The notes beneath the pieces were generated by a model, which did not search any database, had not been told where the DNA came from, and saw nothing but the letters and a program-made list of their open reading frames with translations. Source: Lama glama (taxonomy: Eukaryota). From it: a DNA stretch of 64,000 bases. The DNA lies in assembly GCA_028534125.1 (NCBI GenBank), contig CM052816.1, positions 84,384,001-84,448,000 of the forward strand, in the 5' to 3' direction. Of this stretch, positions 37,757 through 49,335 are shown in pieces. The position numbers and the translations under genes were made by a program. Numbering within the stretch: position 1 is the first letter of the stretch; each line of letters opens with the position of its first letter.

Positions 37757-38622
37757 TATAATTTATTAAGATATAGTCCACATACTATAAAATTCACCTT
37801 TTTAAAGCATGTAATTCAAAGGTGTTTAGTACATGCATGCACAGGTTTGTGGATACATCCCAGCTCCCTAATTCCAGAATATTTTGTTCACCATGGAAAG
37901 AAATTTTATATTCATTAGTAATCACTTTTGATTTCCCCCCTTTACACAGTACATGACCAACATTAATCTATTTTCTGTCTTTATGCATTTGCCTATTTTC
38001 CACATTTCATATAAATAAAATCTCTTATGTCTGACTTTTTCACTGAGCATAATGTTGCCATGGTTCATCCATGTCGTAGCATGTATCAGAACTTCATTTT
38101 CTTATAACTTGTGCTAGGTTGCTAGAGCTGCTGTGACAAAGTGCCAGAGGCTGAATGGCTTAAACAACAGAAATGTGTTTTCTCCCAGTTCTGGAGCCTA
38201 GAAGTCAAAAGTCAAGGTGCCAGCAGAATTGGCTTCTCTTGAGCCCCCTCTCCTTGTCATATAGATGGCCATCTTCTCCCCAGGAAGACCATGTCATTCT
38301 TGCATCCAAATATCCTCTTCTTGTAAGGATACCAATCATAATGGATTAGGGCTCACATTAATGACCTCATTTTACCTGAATTATCACTGTAAAAACTTTA
38401 ACTTCAAATACTGTCAAAACACTAAAGTAATGGAGGTTAAGACTACAACACATGAATTTGGCAGGACACAATTCATCCTATAACATAGCCAATCAATAAG
38501 ACATTGTCTGGATATACAACATTTGTTTAATCTGTCCATTAAGTGGTGGCCATATGGGTCATTTAAATCCTTTAAGTATTATAATTAATGCTGCTAAGAA
38601 CATCTGAGGACAAGTTTTTGGA
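37757..38622 (-). mobile_element. L1MB-like 3' end, interrupted by MLT1
   Basis: catactataaaattcacctttttaaag..taattccagaatatttt..ggttcatccatgtcgtagcatgtatcagaacttcatt; resumes after 38485 with aatgctgctaagaacat. Confidence 0.85.
38110..38485 (-). mobile_element. MaLR LTR (MLT1A/B) nested in L1MB
   Basis: tg...aca termini; ggcttaaacaacagaaatg; cagttctggagcctagaagtc; ggacacaattcatcctataaca; degenerate 5 bp flanks taact/tagcc. Confidence 0.88.
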
Positions 38623-40099
38623 CTAGATTTTCTACAGCATCATGTCGGGGTAGAAATAATCTTCTGCTGTTTTAGCTCTTGATAGATGTCTGGATAAGAG
38701 AATGCTAAATCTCTCTTCTTGTGTTTTGCCTTTTATTTTCATTAAATTTAAATTATTTAAAATTTAGAAATATGTTTCATCAAAAATCACATTTTAAATG
38801 TATTTAAAATGTATTTTTCAGATAATCTAGGGCAAAATAAAATTGAGAAATATTATTATTAACACATATATGGGATGTAAGTTCATAGAAACCGACATCA
38901 TCAACCATTTGTACACTGTGTTAATAATGTTCCAATACAGAATCCGTTTTACTTAGTTACTGTCACTTTCATTTTATTTTAAATGATTATATTTAATTTA
39001 TGTAATGTATTTAACTGACCTGCATGAAAATGTTGTAGGACCAATGCTATTTATGATAAACTACCACGGTGTTAAGTGCCTATTAGCAGCTTAATAGCTA
39101 CTTTAGTGCATACTGATGTTTTAAAAAAGTAACATTATTAGTTAATGTCCGAACAGAGAATTATTTTCAGATATAAATTACAGAGGTAGTGGATTTAGTT
39201 TTCACTTTAGAAGGGAAATAGTGGATTAGCCTTTTATTACCCTGTATTTTTCTAACGTTTTCAAGATGTGTTAATGGTCACTCTAGAAAGGCAGAATATG
39301 TAAAATACAAAAAATTTTTAAAAATTAATTCATAAATACAAAATTAGAAAAAAAGTGTTAAAAATTCTATTCAGATAACTACCTGAAACAGGGGAGGCAA
39401 GTAAACTTATGTTCTTTATGTAAACATTAAAGAAAATAAATCTATATATCTATATGTTTATATTTATAATAATTTTACAAATTATAAATACTACTATACA
39501 TTTAGTAATGTAGATTACTTACTCACACACATCTTAGTTTTTCCTCTATTTATTTAAGAGAATTTAATTTAACTACATTCATACATAGGGCAAAGATTAT
39601 TTTACCTCCTAATAATTTTAGACAATCTAAATAATTAGGCACCAAAATATAGAGATAGAGGGGTATTCAGAAACTCAATAAATATATGAAAATGATGGTC
39701 ACTAAAGAAAAAAGCAGCCCTTATAAAATGTTAAATAGAACTTGTAAAAGAAGTTTGAAACCAACTTCCTAACTTTTTACTGTGTTAGGTATAAATACAT
39801 ATTTTCATCTTATGAATAAATTATTAATTTGATATCTTTATTTATATTTCAAATATTTCAATATACATGCAATTATATTTAAATATTCACAAGTGTTTAA
39901 ATTTTCTACAGCTCAAAAATCCACAGAATTGAATTTCATAAACAAAAGTCAGTAATAGTAACAATAATAATAAACTTGTATGTAAACCCAGGACCATGAA
40001 TTGTTGAATCATGCCAAGTATTTAACAGCTGGAACTATGAGCATGGGCCTATCTACCCAGAAAAGGAAACAAGGAAAAGGAAAAGGAAAGAAATAAACA

Positions 40100-41640
40100 A
40101 AAAAAGGAAAACAAACGCTGAGCCAAATCAGGTGGATTATAGTCTTAAAGAAAAAGTATCAATTGAGCACATTTATCTACACACTGCCCTGCCTTCTAGC
40201 AATAAAGAAACAACATATAAGGTCTAATCATATACAGAATGAAAAATGAGAAAAAAAATAGACACATAATGTCTGTTAATTTTAGTAAGACGGAAATGAT
40301 AAGAGTCGTGATTCGAACAAAAAATGCTTTGATATTCACCATAAAGAAGGATATAAGTGAAAAGTAAGCTGCCTCACATTGTAGGACTCAATTCCTACTC
40401 AGAAACTGTAGGAATTAGGTACCTCAAAAGGCATGGGTAAGAAATGGGGTGAATACCAAATAATTTATTTAAAATCTTTCTAAGGATTTTTTAGAGCCCA
40501 ATTCTCCTTCTCTATCTAGGCAGGTTTATTTTCTGAAAAAAAAAGAAGAAACATAAAATCTTTGGGCCTGAGAAGAGATGTGATGAGGTGTTGGAAAATT
40601 AAACTGAGACTTCTCTTAAATCTAAATCCTTTACCTCCCAGAATGTTCCCAAGTGGGGTTGTTCCATCACCTTGATAGCCATCATTCCACGCTCCTCCAT
40701 TTCCCCTATATTCTTGTCTGAAGCAGTGGACCAAAAAAATGCTTCCTCGAGGAAAGCTTGGCCCAGGAGAGTACAGTGGAATATCCAGATGCTGACATTT
40801 GCTGTCTTTTAATATTAAAAGTGGCCAAGTCATTCCTAATCTGCAGAAAATCCCTCCATAATCCACGCCTACCCCAACCAGAACTCTGAATCAGTTTTGA
40901 GTTTCCTACACATTTTTCTATTTAGAGAATTAAGACATATGATACATTGCAGAAAATCTTTAAATGTTAAGTTCAGAAAACAGAACAAATGGACATGGGA
41001 AGAAAGAAAAAGACAAGACCAAAAAACTACCTAGAAAAACTAAAAGAAATATACAAGCAGTAAATAAAATTAACATTAAAACTACTCACATGTGTCCTAA
41101 GACAGATGAATAAAATACTGCATACATGATTCAAAAAATGGAGTTAATGAAGAGAGGTGGGAGAGGGTTAGAAATAGACATAAAAGGAGAAAGAGATCTT
41201 ACAAATAAGAACATATCATTTAAATATGTTAACTGGAAATTAGGATGAAGAAGTATCTGGCAACTAGAATGGAAAACAAAGAAATGGAAAATAAGATAGA
41301 AAACATAAGAAATTAGATTACTAATTCATAATTCTGATATATGACTAATAGGATTTTCTGATACACAAAATATATAGAAAAAAATCTTGAAGCTTGTTAT
41401 AATAAATTTCCCACAACTAAGGGATTTGAGCTTTCACATTGAATGAGGCCATCAATTGTCCAAGGAAAGAAAACATACACACACAAACACACACACACAC
41501 ACAAACACACCCACACATATACTTAAGTCAAGACTTGTTATGAAATTCCAAAATATCAGCAAATAGAAGACCATGAAACTTCCAAAAAGAGGAAAAATGT
41601 GGTTTCTAGACAGTGGAATTAGACCAATTATTTCTTTCTT
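40100..41640 (+). mobile_element. HAL1 or ancient L1 5'/ORF1-like fragment
   Basis: ORF1-like motifs atatgactaatagga, aaatttcccacaactaa, ctttcacattgaa, atgaaattccaaaatatc. The 5' edge is uncertain. Confidence 0.5.
41473..41516. repeat. Imperfect (CA)n microsatellite
   Basis: Directly visible. Confidence 0.85.
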
Positions 41641-41739
41641 ACTTTACTAAGTAAGTAAAATTTGTTTAAATAAAATGTAATACTTTTATTGAAATATTAA
41701 ATTAATTATTGAATTTACTTTTTAAATTTCAGTTATGGC

Positions 41740-42845
41740 AAGTCAATGTGAAAAAGTCACCACAATGAAAATGTGGTCAAAGCATGAACAGATAACTTAT
41801 ATGAGAAAAAAAACTGTCAAATACATATATGAAGAGAAGTGTTTATTATAATTAATCATAAAATAAAAATTAACATAGTAACAAAAAGATACATTTCATT
41901 TGTAATATCCAAAGTTAAAAAAAAATATATCAGTAGTAAGGAGCCTGAATAAAGATAAGGAGAAATAGGTATTCCAATTTTCTTCTGGAAAAAATTTTTT
42001 AAAAACTCATCCTGAAAAGTATTTTACTTATGTGTGTTAATATGTAATTCGTATATTAATTTGATAAACATTTCCACATCTAGGATTATTTTCTAATGAA
42101 ACAACTTGATAAACATGATAATATACCTATCACATGCAAAATTAAACCCATTTATTTACATGTTAAATATGAATTTGCATTACTACATTACAAAAATATA
42201 AATATTGAAACAACTTAAATAATTATCTTCAATTTATAGATTTTGCTAAGTAAACTATGGCAGATACATGCAATGTAATACTAAAAAACTCCTAGATGTG
42301 ATAAAGGTATACATTGTGTCTTAATCCAATTGATCAGTTAAAATCTATTAAAAACTGGTCAATATAGTTGAACAAATCCACAAATATTTTACTGGAACAG
42401 TTTTTCTTAAGGACCATTGTTGACTAATGCATAAATGCTTTCTACATGTCAGAATTTTTAAATTGTGTCAATAACCAATTTACAGTATAGAATTATTTTT
42501 AAATGAAAATATATTTCTAGATTTTCATTTTTTCTAACTCAATATGAACTGAAATGGCATTTTGTTAATATTAAGTCAGGGTAACAACAGAATTTTTAAT
42601 TGCAAATATTGTTGACATAATTTTTAGTGAGAAACTTGTAAAAGAATATGACAAATTTATATCTCTATTAATATATTAATAATATGGAAAAGTATATAAC
42701 CATACTAATAGTGGCAATCTGTGCTTATTGATAATGTTTGTTTTCTAAAAAATTTCATTTTTTTCTGTAGTGTACAATATAGTATAATGACTATGACTAT
42801 CATACTTAAAATGTAAGTGTATAAATGTATTTGTATTCTTATAAA
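41740..42845 (+). mobile_element. Ancient L1ME-like 3' region, highly degraded
   Basis: gtcaaagcatgaacagataact, atttccacatctaggattattttcta, taaactatggcagatacatgcaatg. Confidence 0.55.
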
Positions 42846-43084
42846 AAAGGAGAGAAAGAAGGAGAAAAGAAGGAGGAAGGAGAAGGAAAAAGGAGGATAA
42901 GGGTGGAATCACTGTGTAATTATTTGTTTCTACTAACACTTGTCTTTGAATTGAATTAAACAGTAAACAGATGCCCACCATTCTTTTTCTGCATTTTATG
43001 ATTTTTATAAATGAATATATGTTCAATAACTATACATAATCCCAGAGATGACTGAAATTTTTTTTTTTAAACACAGAATTTTGG

Positions 43085-43190
43085 CTCTCAAAAATCAGAG
43101 AGCCAACCTACTGGGTTGGACCTAGCAATATACATTTTAATAATGTCCCAGATATCTTGATTTCATTTTAAAGCTTGAGAACCTATGGTC
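43085..43190. mobile_element. MER5-type hAT MITE fragment
   Basis: cctagcaatatacattttaataa..tcccag..aaagcttgagaacctatg matches a MER5 end. Confidence 0.5.
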
Positions 43191-44416
43191 TGGATATCCT
43201 GATAGGGTTATATACAGGGCGTATACTTAGGAGGTACAGATGGCTGTTCAAATGAGCATTTAGATGGCGATTCTAGAGGATGCTAACCAAATGAACTAAC
43301 ATTTGAGTTTTTAAACAACTAACACAGGGTAGGCACAGAGGAAGAAGTTTTGGTTATGTAAAAATTATAGACATAGTCGGGAAATACAGAAAGCATTTGT
43401 ATAACTGCAGTTGGTTAACTGTAGTTAGAGGTGAACATGTTGGGAAATGAAGCCGTTGAAATCATTAAGCAGACCTCATGACTGGCTATGTCAAACCCCA
43501 CCCCTCCATTCACTTATGTTTCCATCCTTCAAGTTATCTGCTTACCAATCTGTGACCAGCCTCACCCCTCACACACACATTGAAGAAGAAGAAGAGGTAA
43601 AATTTGCTACTGAGAAAAAAAATTATTGAGAACTTTGGAGAATAAACAATGACATTATTATTTTATAAGAAAATGGAATGCTCTAGAAGGTGAAATAAAA
43701 ACCACTGAACATGTCATGCAAATTTTTTCTCCAGTATTTTTAACTCTTTTCAATTTCCTGAATGTATGCAAGTTGTAAAAGTATTATTCATTAATAAAAA
43801 AAATAATAAGTTGCTATTAGCTAATTCCGAACACACCAGGGGAGAGGGAGAGCCACTTCTCTGATTTTCCTTTGATGAGTCGTCAGTGAGGATCAGCCCG
43901 TAATGAGAGTCTGATAATGCCTTCTTTCAGTAGTATTTATCTCTTTTGCTTTCCCTCAGTTTTGCTACCATTTTAAAGAGGAGGAAAGAAGCAAGCTTTT
44001 ACCTTAGGTCATCTCAAGATAGCCTTTAATGAATGATTGAAGAGTTCTAAGAACATTAGTAACATCACTGCAATCAGATAATGCAAGATTTATATACTAC
44101 TCCGTGTAATAGTCAAAATGATGTATTACATGGGTGCTTTAATTGAGGGGCATAAATAGAGTTCTGGGAATGAGTTTAATTTGATCACATAATTTTAAAT
44201 GATGAACATTAATAATTAATGTATTATGCTCAAATATAACTTGAGTTATATAAATTCCCACAGAAATGCCATATTAAATGATCATAATTAGCATTACCTT
44301 AATAAATATCAAATAAATTATTGTCAGGCCAATTATTTTCAAAGCATGCATGATTTATAAATACTGCATAGAGTATGTCAATAATTAATAAACATTTTTA
44401 AGTAACAGTTTCTTGG

Positions 44417-44878
44417 TATGGTAGAGTGTGTGCACAGAAGACCATAATTCTTCTTTCCCTTTGTAATGCAACTTTATGGATTCTTCCATCAAGAAATTGG
44501 AGACTATTTCCTCACTCTTTGAACCTGGACTGACTTTGTGACTTGTTTTGTCCAATGTAAGACTGTAAAACTGACTAGTAGATTTCTGGGATTTCCACCT
44601 TTGCCCTTGCCCGCATGGAATGTTTCCCTAAAATCAAAATAAGGGTCTTTACACTCATTCAAGAGGTTGAAAAGTCTGATGGAGCAAATGCCAATTGTCA
44701 AAAGAGCAAGGGTAGCTATATTTGACTGTCTAGCCACCACTGAGTCAGAGACGACAGCACCCACTTGCGTCACCCAGGAGAGACAACCAGAAGTGCTCAG
44801 CTGAGCAAGTGACAGAGTTGTCGTTTTCAGCCACTAAATTTCAAGGTGGTTTAATACTCAGCAAAAATAGACAGATGC
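44417..44878 (+). mobile_element. MaLR LTR (MLT1G/H-like)
   Basis: cttccatcaagaaattggagactatttcctcactctttgaacctggactgactttgtgacttgttttgtccaat..gttttcagccactaaatttc..gtggttt. Confidence 0.8.
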
Positions 44879-45009
44879 TCCTGGGAGGGATTATAAAATT
44901 ACCTTTCTCCATTTTCATCTTTATTTTTTACAACTGCAATAGGCAAATTTAGGTATAGTGAGAAAATATCACATATGAAAACTAAAACTACAATAAGTTA
45001 TTTAGGACA

Positions 45010-45240
45010 GGAACTGATATTTTGGAGCATTACTATGTGCTAAAAATATTACTAAATGTGTTTTATACCTGCATAATCCCATATGACATCATGCAAGCAT
45101 ATAGATGTAGTTATACAGGATATAGAAAGCTACATCTACTTTACATACATGGAAATGAAGGTACAGAAAACATGAATAAGTTAACCAATGTCACAAAATC
45201 GGAACTGAAAAACAAACCTAACTGTGTCTGACTTCAGAGG
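45010..45240 (-). mobile_element. MIR SINE
   Basis: ggagcattactatgtgcta..ggaaatgaagg..taagttaaccaatgtcaca..gtctgacttcagag. Confidence 0.65.
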
Positions 45241-45334
45241 ATGCCTTGTCTCAATACAGTGTGAATTAAATAATATTTTTTCTCTTGTATAGATTTATAT
45301 ATAAATTACTTCCATTTAGTTAGTCAATAAATAT

Positions 45335-46263
45335 TGTAAAATAATAGAAAAATACATATTGGTCTCTGCCTCTGGTTTCTGGCACAGAGATCCCAAAACC
45401 CTTCTAATTTCCTAAGTGATGGGAGAGAGCACAAGGAGTAGCTTTCGTCCTGGTATTAGGTCTTTGACCCCAGTTTCTGATACAGAGTTCCTAAATACTT
45501 GGCATTTCCTAGGTGACAGGAGTGTCTTTTGACCTAATGAGGCAACTCTTGATGAACTCCTATGTAGCTCCAGGATGATGGCGGGTCACCAGAAATACCA
45601 AGCCATGATTAGAAGCTTCCAACCTTCCACCGGATGGCAGTGAACCTCACCCCCATCCTCCAAGAAGGAGAGAAAGGCTGGAGATTGAGTTCATGATTGA
45701 TCATACCTATGTGATGAAGCCTCCATAAAAATCCTCAAAGTATGGGGTGCAGAGAGCTCATGGGTTGGGGAACACACCCACCAGAAGGATGGTGCACTGT
45801 AGCTCCGTGGGTACGAGCTTCTGCACTCGGGACTCTTCCAAACTTCGCTCTATGTATCTCTTCATCTGGTCGTTAATCTGTATCCTTTAAAATATCCTTT
45901 ACTTTATAATAAACTGGTATATGTAAGTACATGTTTCCCAGAATTCTGTGAGCTAACCTAGCAAATGATGGAATCCAAGAAAGGGGAGTCATGAGAACTT
46001 CCAATTTGTAGTCAGGCAACCTGAAGACCTACTACTTGTGATTGGTGTCTGAAAGTGGGGAAGAGTCTCATGGGACTGAGCCCTCAGCCTGTGGGATCTG
46101 AGGCTATCTCCAGGTGGACACGCAGCTGGTGTCACAGAGAAATGCTTAGTGGGGGAACACACCCCACACACCTGGTGTCAGAATTGTTGTGAGTGTGGTA
46201 GTAGTGTAAGAGCAAAGGAGAAGCCCAGGAGTTTCTTCTTTTTTTTTTTTTTCTTTCCAAGCA
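45335..46263 (+). mobile_element. MER21B/C-like solo LTR inserted in an L2 3' end
   Basis: tg...ca termini; ggtctctgcctctggtttctggcacagag; gggtcaccagaaataccaagccatgattag; cctccataaaaatcc; tctcttcatctgg; aataaactggta. Confidence 0.88.
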
Positions 46264-46490
46264 TGTATTGAGCTTTTATCACATATTAGGTATTTGACTA
46301 GATCCGGTGATCCAGGTGTGAACAAAACAGAAATTCTAAAAAAGCCTCATTGGGATTATATTTGAATGCTGAGAAAGCATTGATTAGTCATCAAGTAAAA
46401 ATACTATCATAGTTGTTGCAATTGTTAATTGTAAATTGTTGTATTTAGAGGCATCATTTAGACTGGAATATCAAGGAAAGCTTCCATGCA
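46264..46490 (-). mobile_element. L2 3' end (its extreme tail lies at about 45311-45334, left of MER21)
   Basis: ccatttagttagtcaataaatat | tgtattgagc..gtgaacaaaacaga reconstitutes the antisense L2 terminus. Confidence 0.65.
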
Positions 46491-47100
46491 CTCATGCCTC
46501 TCCCCTCCTCCTTCTTCAATGTCCCTTGTTCTCACTGATTTTCAGTTTCTTGGGGAACACAAAACCTGTCTTTTCTACCTGAAATGTTCCCCCTCTACAA
46601 TCCCCATACTTAACAGCTACTCATTCTTCATGCCTAACATCGATGTCACTGCTAGCTGAAGAGGTATGCACAGACCAGATACCGTAGGGCCTTGAAGGAA
46701 AGGAATTGTATGGTCTGAGTAAAAAAAATACAAATTTTCTAAGAGTTATTGACAATCGTGGATGAATTTTAAGCAGTGTGCTGAATGATCAAGTTTTCAT
46801 TTTAAGTTGTGTACAACTGTTTATTTTCAAAATATCTTTGTGATAATATGAACTTCAGTTAGTTTACAAGAAGTGGAATTTCACGCTGTAGCTCCATCTG
46901 TATTTTTCTATATAACCATGTGTGCCCATTTCAACAGCACATGGACGTAGATAAATAACATCATAGCAATCAATACATAAAAATGGAAATACCATCTTTC
47001 AGTTTCAATTTGGCAATGCCAATTAGGAGACTGAGTATAATTTCATAAGTTTATTGGCCATTTGTATTTAGTTTTCTCTTGTTTCGTTTATTTACCTTTA

Positions 47101-47330
47101 TGACAGAGAGGGGATGCTTATTTACTAAAACACCATCTTCCTGTTCCTTTGGGGCACACACACGGACCCTGTTTCCTGCCTCTTTGAGGTTAGGTATGCT
47201 TATGTGATTGAGTTATGGCTCCTAGAACAGTCCCACGCAAAGATTTTTTTTTTTCTGTTCCTGCATCCACTGGCTAAATGGAGAAGAATCTGAACATCTA
47301 GATAAAAGAGGGCAAAGCCAAAAATTAAAT
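47101..47330 (+). mobile_element. MaLR LTR fragment (MLT1I/J-like)
   Basis: gggcacac..tttcctgcctctttgaggttaggtatgcttatgtgattgagtt. Confidence 0.55.
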
Positions 47331-47479
47331 TAAAAAAAAATTCATTCAGGTTCATAAGTCACTGAAGTAAATTATTCATGAAGGTGTCCTTTTTAACAAA
47401 TATGAAGAACTTTTCAGCTGATATAACTAGTTTTATTATTACAAGGTCCTAGATTTTTTTTCACATTTTTAACATTACT

Positions 47480-47870
47480 ACATAATGGCAATTAAACTGC
47501 AAGGTGATTGCACCAATTTATTAGCTTACCAACAGCACATGAGTTACTGTATTATCTCAAATTCTCATCAGCAATTAGTATGATGAATAGTTTTTAATTC
47601 CTAATCTGACAGGAGTTAAATATCAACTCATTTTTAACATTTCTGTTTTTCTAAATGTTAGGGATATTGAGAATCTCTTAATATTTTATTGAACATACAA
47701 GGTTGCCTTTTAAATTTTTCTCTGTAGAAATATTTTCATCACAAAATTTTAATTTCTTCACATTTAGTACTAACCCACATAGAAGTGATTTTTGTGCACA
47801 GTACGAGGCAGAATATAATTTTATTTTTTTCTACATTGATAGTTAATTTCTCCAACAGCATTTAAATAGT
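47480..47870 (-). mobile_element. Ancient L1 fragment
   Basis: gtgattgcaccaattta..accaacagcacatgag..ctcatcagca..; tttctccaacagcattta. Confidence 0.55.
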
Positions 47871-47894
47871 CTTTTTTTTTTTTTTCTTTTTGCC

Positions 47895-48038
47895 TCCATT
47901 AGTTTCTACTGCTCTGGTAACAAATTACCAAAAAACTTAAAACTTAGTGCAGCTTTATGAGCACACATCTATTATCTTATAGTTCTATAGGGCAGAAGTC
48001 TTATATAAGTCTTATCAGACTAAAACGAAAGTGCTGGC
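47895..48038 (-). mobile_element. MaLR LTR fragment (MLT1D/E-like)
   Basis: attagtttctactgct..gtaacaaattacca..aaacttagtg..ttatcttatagttctatagggcagaagtc. Confidence 0.7.
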
Positions 48039-48227
48039 CGACTACATTGGTAGGAAAATGGCTGTATGACAGATGTGTTCCGACATGCCTTGCTCAGACT
48101 GCTACCACAGGCAGAAACCGGCTACATCTCTGTGACTTCTAAATGGAACTCTAATCCTTTGGGCCACACCCTGGAGCTGGTGCTGGAATCACCTTGTCCC
48201 TGCAGTAACTTACAGGTTGCTCATGTT

Positions 48228-49335
48228 CCTTGATCTGGTTTTAAGTGATGAATTCTTACATGCGGAACTAAAGTATGACCTATTTTTTAGAAATGGATAA
48301 ATTAGACTTCACAAAAACTAAAAATGTTGTGAAAGACACTGCTGAACAAATAAAAAAGGCAAGCCACAGAAAATATTTACAAATAACATATCTAACAAAT
48401 ATGTATCAAAAATGTGTAACAGACCCTCAAAACTCAACAGTAAGAAAAAATATATATATAAAAGTTCTAATCCAAAAATTAGATATGGAAAAACATTTCA
48501 CCAAAGAGGATATAAAGATGGTCAAGTAAGCACATAAACAGATGTTCAATATTATTAGCCCTCTGGAAGTGAAAATTAAAAAAAATAATAACCCAATGAG
48601 ATAAAAGTACATGCTTAATAGAGTAGCTAAAATAAAAATAATATTGACAATACTAAGCACAGGGGAGAGTGTGGAACAACTCGAACTCTCAAACGTTGCT
48701 GGTCACAGTGCAAAATTACGCTGATGCTACGGAAAACATTCTTGGCTTTTTTTTTTAATAAAGTTAAACATACGTGTATGGTATGATCAAGCAATCCCAC
48801 TGCTCAGTATTTATCCAAAAGTAACTTATCTCCACAAAAAAATCTTTAAATGAAGATTTGTAGCATATTCATATTGCCGAAAACTGGAAGCAACCCAAGT
48901 AACTTAGAAGAGGCTAGTGAATAAACAAATGGGATAGTATAGACAATGGGATGGAACAGAATACTATCCAGCAATAAGGGTGAACACTCTGGATAGACAT
49001 AACAACCTGGATGACTCTCAAGTACATATGCGGAGTGAAACAAGCTGGGCTCGAAAGGATGGACACTGTATGGTTCTATTTATACTACATCCTTGAAAAT
49101 TAAAAAAAATTTAAATTAGAACCATAGGTATTGAAAGCAGGTCAGCAATTGCCAGGGGCTGTGGGTGGGAGCAGTAGGTAAGTATAAAGCGCAAAGTTGC
49201 TTTTGGAGGTGATGAAACTGTTCTGCATCCTGACTGCAGTGATTGTCACATGATTCTACACATGTATTAAAACTCATAGAATGTTATATGAAAAGAAAAC
49301 TGTCAATTTCAATTCATGATACTATAAAAAAACTT
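48228..49335 (+). mobile_element. 5'-truncated L1 (L1MC/MD-like) ORF2 end and 3' UTR
   Basis: ggataaattagacttc, tgtgaaagacactg, acatttcaccaaagaggatata, gcaatcccact, ggaggtgatgaaactgttctgcatcctgactg, ttaaaactcatagaa. Confidence 0.88.
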
